Positions 1-11,869 of a stretch of DNA of 64,000 bases are shown one piece after another (position 1 is the stretch's first letter; each line of letters begins with the position of its first letter). The DNA is from Eledone cirrhosa (taxonomy: Eukaryota). The notes under the pieces were generated by a model that saw only the letters and a program-made list of their open reading frames with translations, ran no database searches and was not told the origin of the DNA. The stretch lies in assembly GCA_964016885.1 (NCBI GenBank), contig OZ024742.1:37138001-37202000 (forward strand). The letters are read 5' to 3'. The position numbers and the translations under genes are program-made.

Positions 1-3000
1 TATATTTACCTTGTCTTCACCTGTCTACCTTGTCTTCATATGTCTACCTTGTCTTTACATGTCTACCTTGTCTTTATATGTCTAGCTTGTCTTCACCTGT
101 CTACCTGTCTTCATATGTCTACCTTGTCTCATATGTCTACCTTGTCTTCATGTCTACCTTGTCTTCATATGTCTAACTTGTCTTTATATGTCTACCTTGT
201 CTTCACATGTCTACCTTGTCTTCACCTGTCTACCCTTGTCTTCACCTGTCTACCTTGTCTTCCCCTGTCTATCTTTTCTTCATATGTCTACCTTGTCTTC
301 ACCTGTCTATCTTGTCTTCCCCTGTCTACCTTGTCTTCATATGTCTACGTTATCTTCACCTGTCTACCTTGTCTTCATATGTCTACTTTGTCTTCACCTG
401 TCTACCTTGTCTTCATATCTCTACCTTGTCTTCACCTGTCTACCTTGTCTTCACCTGTCTACCTTGTCTTCCCCTGCCTACCTTGTCTTCACCTGTCTAC
501 CTTGTCTTCACCTGTCTACCTTGTCTTCACCTGTCTACCTTGTCTTCACCTGTCTACCTTCTCTTCCCCTGCCTACCTTGTCTTCACCTGTCTACCTTGT
601 CTTCACCTGTCTACCTTGTCTTCACCTGTCCACCTTGTCTTCACATGCCTATCTTGTCTTCCCCTGTCTACCTTGTCTTCATATGTCTACCTTATCTTCA
701 CCTGTCTACCTTGTCTTAATATGTCTACCTTGTCTTCATATGTCTACCTTGTCTTCATATGTCTACCTTGTCTTCACCTGTCTACCTTGTCTTCATATGT
801 CTACCTTGTCTTCACATGTCTACCTTGTCTTTATATGTCTACCTTGTCTTTATATGTCTACCTTGTCTTTATATGTCTACCTTGTCTTCACATGTCTACC
901 TTGTCTTTATATGTCTACCTTGTCTTCCCTTGTCTTCACCTGTCTACCTTGTCTTCATATGTCTACCTTGTCTTCATATGTCTACCTTGTCTTCACCTGT
1001 CTACCTTGTCTTCACCTCTCTACCTTGTCTTCATATGTCTACCTTGTCTTCAGATGTCTACCTTTTCTTCCCCTGTCTACCTTGTCTTCACCTGTCTACC
1101 TTGTCATCATATCTCTACCTTGTCTTCACTGTCTACCTTGTCTTCACCTGTCTACCTTGTCTTCACCTGTCTACCTTGTCTTCATACGTCTACCTTGTCT
1201 TCACCTGTCTACCTTGTCTTCACCTGTCCACCTTGTCTTCACATGTTTACCTTGCCTTCCCCTGCCTACCTTGTCTTCACCTGTCTACCTTGTCTTCACC
1301 TGTCTATCTTGTCTTTATATGTCTACCTTGTATTCCCCTGTCTACCTTGTCTTCACCTGTCTACCTTGTCTTCACCTGTCTACCTTGTCTTCCCCTGTCT
1401 ACCTTGTCTTCATATGTCTACCTTGTCTTCACCTGTCTATCTTGTTTTCCCCTGTCTACCTTGTCTTCATATGTCTACGTTATCTTCACCTGTCTACCTT
1501 GTCTTCATATGTCTACCTTGTCTTCATATATCTACCTTGTCTTCACCTGTGTACCTTGTCTTCACCTGTCCACCTTGTCTTCACCTGTCCACCTTGTCTT
1601 CATATCTCTACCTTGTCTGCACCTGTCTACCTTGTCTTCACCTGTCTACCTTGTCTTCCCCTGTCTACCTTGTCTTCACATGTCTACCTTGTCTTCACCT
1701 GTCTACCTTGTCTTCAGCTGTCTACCTTGTCTTCATATGTCTACCTTGTCTTCATATGTCTACCTTGTCTTCACCTGCCTACCTTGTCTTCACCTGTCTA
1801 CCTTGTCTTCACATGTCTACCTTGTCTTCACCTGTCTACCTTGTCTTCATATCTCTACCTTGTCTTCACCTGTCTACCTTGTCTTCACCTGTCTACCTTG
1901 TCTTCCCCTGTCTACCTTGTCTTCACCTGTCTACCTTGTCTTCACCTGTCTTCCCTTGTCTTCATATGTCTTCCTTGTCTTCATATGTCCACCTTGTCTT
2001 CCCCTGTCTACCTTTTCTTCACCTGTCTTCCCTTGTCTTCATATGTATTCCTTGTCTTCATATCTCTACCTTGTCTTCACCTGTCTACCTTGTCTTCACC
2101 TGTCCACCTTGTCTTCACCTGTCTACCTTGTCTTCACCTGTCTACCTTGTCTTCACCTGTCTTCCCTTGTCTTCATATGTCTTCCTTGTCTTCATATGTC
2201 CACCTTGTCTTCACCTGTCTACCTTGTCTTCACCTGTCTACCTTGTCTTCACCTGTCTACCTTGTCTTCATATGTCTACCTTGTCTTCACCTGTCTACCT
2301 TGTCTTCACCTGTATACCTTGTCTTCATATGTCTACCTTGTCTTCATATGTCTACCTTGTCTTCATATGTCCACCTTGTCTTCCCCTGTCTACCTTGTCT
2401 TCACCTGTCCACCTTGTCTTCACCTGTCCACCTTGTCTTCACCTGTCTACCTTGTCTTCATATGTCTACCTTGTCTTCACCTGTCTAGCTTGTCTTCATA
2501 TGTCTACCTTGTCTTTACCTGTCTAGCTTGTCTTCATATGTCCACCTTGTCTTCACCTGTCTACCTTGTCCTTACCTGTCTAGCTTGTCTTCATATGTCC
2601 ACCTTGTCTTCACCTGTCCACCTTGTCTTCACCTGTCTACCTTGTCTTCATATGTCTACCTTGTCTTTACCTGTCTAGCTTGTCTTCATATGTCCACCTT
2701 GTCTTCACCTGTCCACCTTGTCTTCACCTGTCCACCTTGTCTTCACCTGTCTACCTTGTCTTCATATGTCTACCTTGTCTTTACCTGTCTACCTTGTCTT
2801 CATATGTCCACCTTGTCTTCACCTGTCTACCTTGTCTTCATATGTCTACCTTGTCTTCACCTGTCTACCTTGTCTTTACCTGTCTAGCTTGTCTTCATAT
2901 GTCCACCTTGTCTTCATATGTCCACCTTGTCTTCACCTGTCCACCTTGTCTTCACCTGTCCACCTTGTCTTCACCTGTCTACCTTGTCTTCATATGTCTA

Positions 3001-3402
3001 CCTTGTCTTTACCTGTCTACCTTGTCTTCATATGTCCACCTTGTCTTCACCTGTCTACCTTGTCTTCATATGTCTACCTTGTCTTCACCTGTCTACGTTG
3101 TCTTTACCTGTCTAGCTTGTCTTCATATGTCCACCTTGTCTTCATATGTCCACCTTGTCTTCACCTGTCCACCTTGTCTTCACCTGTCCACCTTGTCTTC
3201 ACCTGTCTACCTTGTCTTCACCTGTCCACCTTGTCTTCACCTGTCTACCTTGTCTTCATATGTCTACCTTGTCTTCACCTGTCTAGCTTGTCTTCATATG
3301 TCCACCTTGTCTTCACCTGTCTACCTTGTCTTCATATGTCTACCTTGTCTTTACCTGTCTAGCTTGTCTTCATATGTCCACCTTGTCTTCACCTGTCTAC
3401 CT
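1..3402. repeat. 19-bp minisatellite, consensus CCTTGTCTTCACCTGTCTA (CACCT/CATAT variants), about 180 copies, probably continuing beyond the left window edge
   Basis: Direct 19-nt periodicity. All three + frames read the same cyclic peptide because 19 is not a multiple of 3 and the consensus has no stop codon. Confidence 0.97.
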
Positions 3403-3485
3403 TTTGCTCAATTTCACTCACAGGGCGTAGATCAATCTGAGGCTATGGTAAAAGTATTTGTCCAAGATGCCATGCAGTGAAATGT
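3403..3485 (-). mobile_element. Degraded SINE fragment
   Basis: AATTTCACTCACAGG...GAGGCTATGGTAAAAGTATTTGTCCAAGATGCCATGCAGTG resembles, from memory, the reverse strand of an abundant cephalopod SINE with a CORE-like CTTGGGCAAG segment. No database check was possible. Confidence 0.45.
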
Positions 3486-3571
3486 AGAATCGGTATAGCG
3501 TTGGGTGGGATGCAGATAAGCAAATGTAAAGATGGTGGTGGTGATGATGATGGTGTTGATGATAATGATTT

Positions 3572-3778
3572 CTACTATAGGCACAAGGCTAGCAATTTGG
3601 GAAGAGGGGTAAGTCGATTAAATCGACCCCAGTGCGTTATTGGTGCTTTATTTTATCGACCCTGTGAGGATGAAAGGCAGCACTAACCTCAGCGGGATTT
3701 GAACTAAGAACGCAAAGAGCATAACTCTATGTTGCAAAGCATGGTGTCTGATGCTCTAACAATACTGCCAATCCACTG
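3572..3778 (-). mobile_element. tRNA-derived SINE (family 1), near full length
   Basis: Minus strand has an A-box-like TGGCAGTATTG, a B-box GTTCAAATCC and a central GCCTTTCATCCT..GGGTCGATAAAATAAAGCACCA block. The same block recurs at 16061 and 62528. Confidence 0.75.
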
Positions 3779-3980
3779 AGTTGATAATGATGTATATATT
3801 GAGAGAATGTAGTTATGCATAGCATAGAGAGAATATATTTGTGAGATGATTTCTTGGACACCAACAAGCTTCTTCTGTTTTTAGGCAACTCCTAAGACGG
3901 AACCATATACCAAATCTCCTGCTGAACCTAACCCTAACACTGTGATTCCAATTAACCAAATTCCTTGCTGTCATCTACTG

Positions 3981-4100
3981 TCTTATAGTGAGTGGCTGTG
4001 TCTCTGATAAGGATTCTGTTTTTGTGGTCAGACATATGTGGGTCTTATAGTGGGTAGGTGTGTCTGATAAGGCCTCTCTTTTGTGGTTTGCATATGTGGG
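3981..4100. repeat. Degenerate tandem duplication, 2 x ~60 bp
   Basis: TCTTATAGTG...TGTGTC(TC)TGATAAGG...TTTTGTGGT...CATATGTGGG occurs twice in succession. Confidence 0.7.
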
Positions 4101-4174
4101 TATCTTTAATCACCCCACCCACACATTTGGCAATACTGTTATATGATCTCTTACTATTATATAATGGAAATGAA

Positions 4175-4300
4175 TACATACACACACACACACACACACA
4201 TACATATATATATATATTTATGTATATTTATGTATATATTATGTATATTTATGTATATATATGTTTATGTATATATATATGTTTATATATATATATATAT
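4175..4300. repeat. (CA)n/(TA)n compound microsatellite
   Basis: Seen directly. Confidence 0.9.
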
Positions 4301-4829
4301 TTAGCAGGAATATGTTTAATGATAGTAATATCACCAAGACTCACGTCTACTCACCAAGAATAATTGAGGTTAGGCTGTAAGTCTCAGGTTCTGTTGCTGC
4401 TGTGATAATACCTCTGGAAGGAATCTTTCCATATCACATTTAAAGGCATTGCTGTGGTAATAGCATCACAAGACTTTACAATGTTTGTATATAATTTATT
4501 AACAAAGGTTAAGAAGTGAATTAAGCTGGCATGCCAAGAGAAATGAAATAATTCAATTAAGATTATAATACGGTCGACTGGCTGAGGCGTTTGACCAGGC
4601 CCGTAGTAATGTTTTATCGTTACATATTGTTTGTGCTTACAGAGCAAAAGAATAAGTGGTGTTTACCTTGGCGTCGGCAAGCTGCAAGAGAGACAGTTTT
4701 AGAATCGACGCGGGAATTTTTCCCTCAGGGTGTGTAGAGATACATTCTCCTCTGCTGGCGGCGATTGGCTGCACTGAGCCAAACAATGCACGCAGAATGT
4801 ATATGAGCCCACGGAATGTAGGTCACTAC

Positions 4830-5113
4830 ATATATGTTTATATATATATATAAATATATATAGATATATGTTTATATATATATGTATTTTTATATATATA
4901 TATATATGTTTATATGTCTATATATATATATATATATATATGTTTACATATATATATATGTTTATATATATACATATGTTTATATATATATGTTTATATA
5001 TATATATATATGTTTATATATATATGTTTATATATATATGTTTATATATATATGTTTATATATATATGTTTATATATATATATATATATATGTTTATTTA
5101 TATATATATATAT

Positions 5114-5148
<35 letters not shown>

Positions 5149-5423
5149 TATATATATATATATGTTTATATATATATATGTTTATATATATATATGTTTA
5201 TATATATATATGTTTATATATATATGTATATATATATATGTTTATATATATATATATATATATATATATGTTTATATATATATATATATATGTTTATATA
5301 TATATATATATGTTTATATATATATATATATATGTTTATATATATATATATATATGTTTATATATATATATGTTTATATATATATATATGTTTATATATA
5401 TATATATATATGTTTATATATAT
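4830..5423. repeat. (TA)n microsatellite periodically interrupted by GTT
   Basis: Seen directly. Confidence 0.95.
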
Positions 5424-5761
5424 ATCATCATTTCATTTTACGCCCGCTTTTTCCCTGCTTGCAAGGGTGTGACGGGAACTGATTCTGGCTTGATTTCTAC
5501 AGCCGGATGCCCTTCCTAACACCAACCTCATTTACAGTGAGTGCTGGGTGCTTTTTTGCCGTGGCACCTGCATGAACACTTTGCAGTGGAATGATATGGA
5601 CCCCAGTCCCTATCATCTCATTTCTACAGCTGAGTAAACTGGAGCAATGTGAAATAAAGTGTCTTGCTCAAGGAAACAACACATCACCCGGTCTGAGAAT
5701 TGAACTCACAACCTTTCGATTGCAAGGCCAATGTTCTAACCACTAAGCCATGTGCCTCCAT
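5423..5761 (-). mobile_element. Full-length tRNA-derived SINE (family 2) with a CORE-like centre and an RTE-LINE-derived 3' tail
   Basis: Minus strand has A box TGGCTTAGTGG, B box GAGTTCAATTC and CCTTGAGCAAGACACTT. It continues with GGAAGGGCATCCGGCTGTAGAAA and ends ...GCAAGCAGGGAAAAAGCGGGCGTAAAATG(A)..GATGAT, matching LINE 3' ends elsewhere in this window. Confidence 0.85.
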
Positions 5762-5765
5762 GCTT

Positions 5766-5947
5766 ATATATATATATGTGTTTATATATATATATGTGTT
5801 TATATATATATATATGTTTATAAATATATATATGTTTATATATATATATGTTTATATATATATATATATATGTTTATATATGTTTATAAATATATATATG
5901 TTTATATATATATATATATATATATGTTTATATATATATGTTTATAT
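5766..5947. repeat. (TA)n-GTT microsatellite
   Basis: Seen directly. Confidence 0.9.
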
Positions 5948-6003
5948 ACGTGCGAAAGTAAGAAATTGGAGAATAGACCGTTAAAACATGTTTATTTAAA
6001 ACA

Positions 6004-6045
6004 GCACCTACGTACGTTTCGCCCGGTTGGGTTTCTCAAGGGCAT
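6004..6045 (-). ncRNA. Minimal type I hammerhead-like motif, U3-A8 core variant
   Basis: Minus strand: GCCC-TTGAGAA-ACCC AACC GGGC-GAAA-CGTACG-TA-GGTGC. Stem III is the palindrome ACGTACGT. Confidence 0.6.
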
Positions 6046-6165
6046 AAATAATCAAAAGTGTTCCTTACATGCCTCTGAAAGAGTTTTTGCGAGCAATGAA
6101 CCTTGACGTGGATTTAACCCCAAAAACTCTTTCAGAGGCATGTAAGGAACACTTTTGATTATTTA

Positions 6166-6206
6166 TGCCCTTGAGAAGCCCAACTGGTCGAAACGTATGT
6201 AGGTGC
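6166..6206 (+). ncRNA. Minimal type I hammerhead-like motif, U3-A8 core variant
   Basis: GCCC-TTGAGAA-GCCCAACTGGTC-GAAA-CGTATG-TA-GGTGC. The consensus with the opposite arm gives a perfect GCCC/GGGC stem II. Confidence 0.55.
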
Positions 6207-6453
6207 TGTTTTAAATAAACATGTTTTAACGGTCTATTCTCCGATTTCTTACTTTCCCACGTGCTAACTCTCTAGCCCACTAAATATTAACACTTCGAAT
6301 ATTTAATACTGCCGGCACTAGTATCGAGCACCTTTGGCATACGCTATTTGGCAAATAACTATATGTATCACCTATCCTCCCCTTTTTTTCTCTCTCTCGA
6401 TACGTAAATACTGTATGTTTATATATATATATGTTTATATATGTTTATATGTT

Positions 6454-6528
<75 letters not shown>

Positions 6529-6540
6529 GTGTGTGTATGT

Positions 6541-7378
6541 TTAGAGCTTATACCACTATTGGCTACTAAAGGTTTCTCTCTAAAAATGAAAGGCAGATTG
6601 TATGATGCCTGTATACGAACAGCAATGTTACATGGCAGTGAGACATAGGCATTGTGTGCAGAGGATCTGTGCAGACTAGAGAGGAACAAAGCATCCATGC
6701 TCCGCTGGATGTGTAATAGTAATATACGTGAGCGGCAAAGCATAAATGAACTAAGTGAGAAATTAGGAATAAGAGGGATCAGATGCTGTTTACTCGCGAG
6801 AAGACTACATTGGTTTGGTCACGTGATGCACATGAAAGACACCAGCTGTATAAAAAAGTGCAGGGCGATCAAAATTGGTGGAAGTTACAGAGTAGGTAGA
6901 CCCAGAAAAACCTGGATCGGTTTGATAAATTCCGACCTTACACACTTACACCTCTCTAAGACAATTTCACTGGACCGAGATCTTTGGCACTACACAGTAA
7001 TACAGAAGACCCGTCTTGCCTATGTACAAAGTGAAACCTACAGTCAGTAGGCACCTCGTAACCAAATATATACCCTTTCCCACTCCCCCCCCACACACAC
7101 TCCCACCAACACCACCCTCTCTCTGTAAAGTTATGTTGGTACCACAACATCCAGTTCAAAATAAATGAGGTCGTGTAGGTGTCACGATAAAAAAACACAC
7201 AGTCCACGCTGTAATGTGGCGATGTAGGTAACACGGTAAAAACCTCCCAGTCCACACTGTAAATGTGGTTGGTGTTAGGAAGGGCATCCAGCCGTAGAAA
7301 ACCTGCCAAGTAGGACAATTCCCGTCTAAACCCAATCTACCGTGGAAGATAGACGTTAAACGATGATGATGATGATGA
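6541..7378 (+). mobile_element. 5'-truncated RTE-clade LINE (family A), decayed, with (GAT)n tail
   Basis: Translation ELIPLLATKGFSLKMKGRLYDACIRTAMLHGSET*...RRLHWFGHVMHM...GRPRKTW matches the RTE ORF2 C-terminus, with an in-frame stop. The 3' UTR is shared with other copies and the tail is at 7362-7378. Confidence 0.9.
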
Positions 7379-7411
7379 TATATATATATATGTTTATATA
7401 TTTGTTTTGCG

Positions 7412-7458
7412 AGGTTTTTGATATGAAATCGGGTGTCGAAACAAATATTGTTATACTT
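7412..7458 (+). ncRNA. Degenerate hammerhead-like motif
   Basis: AGGTTT-TTGATAT-GAAATCGGGTGTC-GAAA-CAAATATTG-TT-ATACTT. Core and stems are partly eroded. Confidence 0.35.
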
Positions 7459-7620
7459 GGAGAGGGTCTTATTGTTGTAATAATATTTCCAGAAATAATA
7501 ACAGAACATACTTTTCGCTTTTGTATCTTTTATATCTCCACAGTTAATTCATTTGGTCCTCAATGTTTATCATTGATTGACCAACGGTCAAAAATACAGA
7601 TATAAATATATATATATATA

Positions 7621-7672
7621 TAGTCTAACAAAGTTCTTTCGTTGCACATCTGCAACATCATCAGTGGTACTA
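7621..7672 (-). ncRNA. Type I hammerhead ribozyme motif at the 3' end of the Penelope-like element
   Basis: Minus strand: TAGTACCA-CTGATGA-T-GTTGCA GATG TGCAAC-GAAA-GAAC-TT-TGTTAGACTA. It has a perfect 6-bp stem II and the same orientation as the PLE ORF. Confidence 0.7.
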
Positions 7673-9850
7673 TTATGTTTCCTCCTGTTGGATTGTATGT
7701 CTACGCCATTTTTATTTTATCTGTTTATTTATTTATTTTTTTTGTCTTCTCTGCGCATGCGTTTGCGTGTGTGTATAGTGTTTGGTGTGTGTGTTCGCGT
7801 TTGGGTGACTGTGTTTTGGTTATTGTATTCTATCTTAGTTTACTAGTGTGTGTTTATATGTGTTTGTTGTTATTGTGCTTGTGTATATATTTATTTATTC
7901 ATTTATTTATATTTCTCTTAAGTCAGTATTGTTTGTTTGGGTGTTGTTGTTATTCCATTCATTTTTTCTGCTTAGCTTTGGCTTTCTAAGCTCTATTTCA
8001 CTTGCCTCTCTGATTTGCCTACCTGCAGGGTCATTTCTATGTTTAGATATTATTTTAATTTCTATGTTGTCTATGTTACCGTTATTGTCTGGCGTGTTTG
8101 TATGGTACTGAACCGTTTTTTCGTCCTTTTTATTCCCCCCAGTGTTGGTCTATCCTTTCTCCTATGCTTCAAGCTGTCTCGCCTATGTATGTTGTTGTCA
8201 TGTTTCTGCAAGTACCCTCTGTACAACTTATGCTATAGACTACGTTTCTAGTTTTACAGTTTATCTGGGGGTTTACTTTACATATAACACATTTCCTATT
8301 AGTACAGTGGGTTTTCTTAAACGGGTATGTTTTGCTGATCAAGGATTTTATGGTAGTTCCTGGCTTTTCTACCACTTTAATCTTTAAGTGGGTCTTTCTC
8401 AGGGCCTTTCTACATTGGTTAGCTAATTTCCCTCCAGGGGTAGCATCCATGAACATGACACTCTGGTATCTCTGGTTGTCGTACCATGAGGTGGCTTTCC
8501 CTATCTTATGTCTAGTTGTATCTAAGCTATTCCATCATTTGCTCCTGTATAATGGGCAAATTCCTTTCATGTCCAGTTCTATGAGGGTCTTATACTCCTC
8601 TGTGGCTCCTTTGTATACTTTGATTCTGTCTCTTTGGTTGTAGTCAGAGAACTGCATGTGGTTGATGAATTGTTGGATGTGTCTTTCCATTTCTGTTGGG
8701 TCGCACATGCGGGACACATTCTTCATCACTTGTACCAAGTCTGCAATCAGAATATTAAACTTAGCACTACTGGACATTGCTGAGTTTTTGAGTATCAGGT
8801 ATTTGGAGGCCATGGGTTTAGCGTAGTGTGAGTGGAGAATTTGGGCCCTCTCGTCTATAGTGTTAATCCAGAGTTCCGTGTCTAATACAGGTAGTCTATT
8901 GTTAGGGTGTTTGGAAGGGTAGTCGATAGTTATAGTTATACTCTGGTGTAAGGAGTTAGCTATCTGCTGGATGCTTTCTATTGTGCTACATTCTAAATCA
9001 TATTTGTTAGTACTCTCTTGTGGGGGGTGTCCTTATTACTATATTAATATTGTCTACGTAACGAGAGTACATGATGAGGTCTATGGAGCTCTCTTCAAGG
9101 AGATCTTTGAGCTATGCTGACGCCAATGGCTGCTCCCTCATTTTGGGTGTAGATCTTTTCATTGAATTTGAATATATGGCCCTTTAGGGTAGTTTTAATA
9201 CTAGCCCCTATTGCATGCGCGACCATTTTTCTACTTGATCATTGTTTTGGGGGGTCTGTATGGCTTTGGTCCACCCAATCCACCTTCCCATGGGAGCCTT
9301 TTTTGCCATTGAGGTTATGGTGGGGGGTCTACCTCTTATGGGTCTATAGGGCAGAAACAACTAAGGTCATGGCTGTCTAGGTACTCGGTGTTATAGGTAA
9401 GTCTAAGTAGGAGGCCCATTTCATCTGTGTCGACGTCGCAGAACTCCACCTCACTCTCGCTGATCATCTCCACTCATTTTTCCACAGTAAAATCAATGTT
9501 AATGGATCGGTATAGTGATACCACGTCCATGCTGCCAATTATGCAGTTAGATAGGTTTTTGTTTTTGTTGCACTCATTGATTCTGCTGAGGAGGTCCTCT
9601 GTACTGTCACATACATCTGGAGACATCTTGATTATGGGGCGTATAACCATTGAGAGGAAGTAGGAGATCCTGTAGTTGCTAGCGATATTGGCTCCACATA
9701 CAGGTCTTGTTGGTGGTCCTATTGTCGGGTAGTCGACTGTCTTATGGTCTTTGCGGAGCCCAAACACGGGCGGTATGTCATTGTTAGACGCCTGGAAGTT
9801 GTTGGGAGTGCGTCTGCTTGGCTTTAGGATGTCGGTCCACATCATCATGT
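7621..9850 (-). mobile_element. Penelope-like retroelement, 5'-truncated and frameshifted (RT + Cys-rich linker + GIY-YIG endonuclease + 3' pseudo-LTR)
   Basis: ORF pieces: FGLRKDHK..PPTRPVCG..IGSMDVVSLY (RT, 9474-9848); YTQNEGAAIG and YSRYVDN (~9050-9160); CTNRKCVIC..CKTRNVVYSISC..YIGET (GIY-YIG, 8169-8456). A hammerhead lies at the 3' end. Confidence 0.88.
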
Positions 9851-10097
9851 AAAATGTAAAATCAACATCCTTCGTAACTCATATGAGAAATATAAACAAT
9901 TAATAATTGTGGTCTATTTCTATAAAATCACCAATAATACTTATACTTGCATAATTATTAATCTATATAGATATTTATATACTTACAACATGTTGTAATG
10001 TAATAAGATAAAATGTACTTACAACCATAATTCTTCATATAATCTAATTGATTATATATACAATATTATAACTCATAATATAGCTAAATAACCCTAA

Positions 10098-10200
10098 CCC
10101 CTAACTACACTGGACATGGCAACGATAATGAGGGACAAAGTCCGCTGGAGAGAAGTCGTCCATGGAGCTCAGGAATTTTACCCGCCCTAGATAGATAGAT
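10098..10200 (+). mobile_element. 3' terminal fragment of a third LINE family with an (ATAG)n tail
   Basis: Reads PLTTLDMATIMRDKVRWREVVHGAQEFYPP*, resembling the D-R/K-x-x-W-R C-terminal motif of RTE-like ORF2. The stop codon runs directly into ATAGATAGAT. Confidence 0.5.
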
Positions 10201-10222
10201 ATGTTTTTATATATATATATAT

Positions 10223-10297
<75 letters not shown>

Positions 10298-10302
10298 TAT
10301 AT

Positions 10303-11786
10303 ATCATCATCATCATCATCGTTTAACGTCCATCTTCCACGCTTGCATGGGTTTGGACGGGAATTTTCCCACTTGAGGCAAGATTGGTTGTCTTGCTCGT
10401 ATAGGATTGTCTGGTGGGTTTTCTACGGCTGGATGCCCTTCCTAACACCAACCACATTTACAGTGTGGACTGGGAGGTTTTTACCGTGTTACCTACACGG
10501 CTACATTACAGCGTGGACTGTGTGTTTTTTTGTCGTGACACCTACACGACCTCATTTATTTTGGACTGGATGTTGTGGTACCAACATAACTTTACATTGA
10601 AAGGGGTGGTGTGGATTGGGTGGGGGAGGTGGGACGGGGGTGTATTTTTGTTAGAGGTGCCTACTGACTGTAGGTTTCGCTTTGTACTTAGACAAGGCAG
10701 GTCTTCTGTGTTACTGTATAGCGCCAAAGATCTTGGTCCAGTGACATTGTCTTGGAGAGGTGTAAGTGTGCGAGGTCGGAATTTATCAAGTCGACCCAGG
10801 TTTTTCTGGGTCTGCCTACTCCATGGCTACTGTCTATTTTTATCGCCCTGCACTTTTTTATACAGCTGTCGTCTTTCATGCACATCACGTGACCATACCA
10901 ACGTAGTCTTCTCTCGAGTAGACAACATCTGATCCCTCTTATTCCTAATTTCTCCCTTAGTTCGATTATGCTTTGCCGTTCACGTATATTACTATTACAC
11001 ATCCAGCGGAGCATGCAAGCTTCGTTCCTCTCCAGTCTGCGTATATCCTCTGCACACAATGCCCAAGTCTCACTGCCATGTAACATTGCTGTTCGTATGC
11101 AGGCATCATACAGCCTGCCTTTCATTTTTAGAGAGAACCCATTAGCGGCCAATAATGGTATAAGCTCTCTGAACTTTTTCCATCCCGTTCTGACTCTAGC
11201 TACTGCACTTTCAGAGCACCCTCCACCTCTGCTGATTTTGTCACCCAGGTAACGGAAGGTGTCCACTATTTCTATAGAACCGTCTGTGCAATGGAATGAG
11301 CTAGTATTCTGTGGGCACTTGCTGCTACTTATTGCACCTGAGCACCGGCCACATATAAAATCTATATTCTTAGTTAGCTTACCTGTGATCCCACTACGTC
11401 TTTTATGCACCCATACTTTGTATTTTGGACATAAAATGGAGTTTCTGTCTACTCCTTTCCAACACACTGAGCATGGCCATTTCCCAGATGGGACCGGTGC
11501 CCTATTCTCCTTCCTACAAACTAGAACTTTAGTCTTAGGCAGTTTAATTTTAAGGCCTTTTGATTTTAGGTCATGCTTCCATGTTTGGAATTTTTTCTCT
11601 AGTTCAGCCATTGATTCAGCTATGAGCGTTAGATCATCTGTGTATAGGAATTCCCATGGGCAGCCGGTCTTGAACTCCTTTGTTATAGCCTGAAGGGCAA
11701 TAATAAATAGTAGGGGGCTAAGAACGGAGCCCTGATGAACACCAACTTTTACGCTAAACTCTTCACTATATTCGTTGTTAATTCTA

Positions 11787-11791
<5 letters not shown>
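10303..11791 (-). mobile_element. 5'-truncated RTE-clade LINE (family A)
   Basis: RT motifs GVHQGSVLSPLLF and LYTDDL, a PHD-like Cys/His cluster, FRYLG, and GRPRKTW (ORF 10688-11611). The tail reads (CAT)n on + at 10303-10320, with (TA)n on both flanks. Confidence 0.93.
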
Positions 11792-11847
<56 letters not shown>

Positions 11848-11869
11848 GTTTTTATATATATATGTTTAT

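Larger units (their letters stand above)
5948..6262. mobile_element. Long inverted repeat (arms 5948-6089 and 6121-6262, 31-bp spacer); probable Penelope-like inverted pseudo-LTR pair
   Basis: The arms are reverse complements with few mismatches. Each carries a hammerhead-like motif, as is established for PLE pseudo-LTRs. Confidence 0.75.

Noticed and set aside
40-3480. Long Cys/Leu/Ser-rich ORFs (up to 828 aa)
   Set aside because: All three frames give the same cyclic peptide from a stop-free 19-bp repeat, with no splice or codon evidence.
4300-4830. CpG-containing island between (TA)n tracts, possibly another retroelement end with an eroded hammerhead near 4305-4355
   Set aside because: The core motifs are too degenerate and there is no ORF or second copy in the window to support a call.
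5685-5761. tRNA gene
   Set aside because: A and B boxes are present, but the sequence continues into a SINE body and LINE-like tail, and I could not fold a convincing cloverleaf.
10090-10106. Telomeric CCCTAA repeats (also at ~3926-3938)
   Set aside because: Only about two units each, too short to distinguish from chance.
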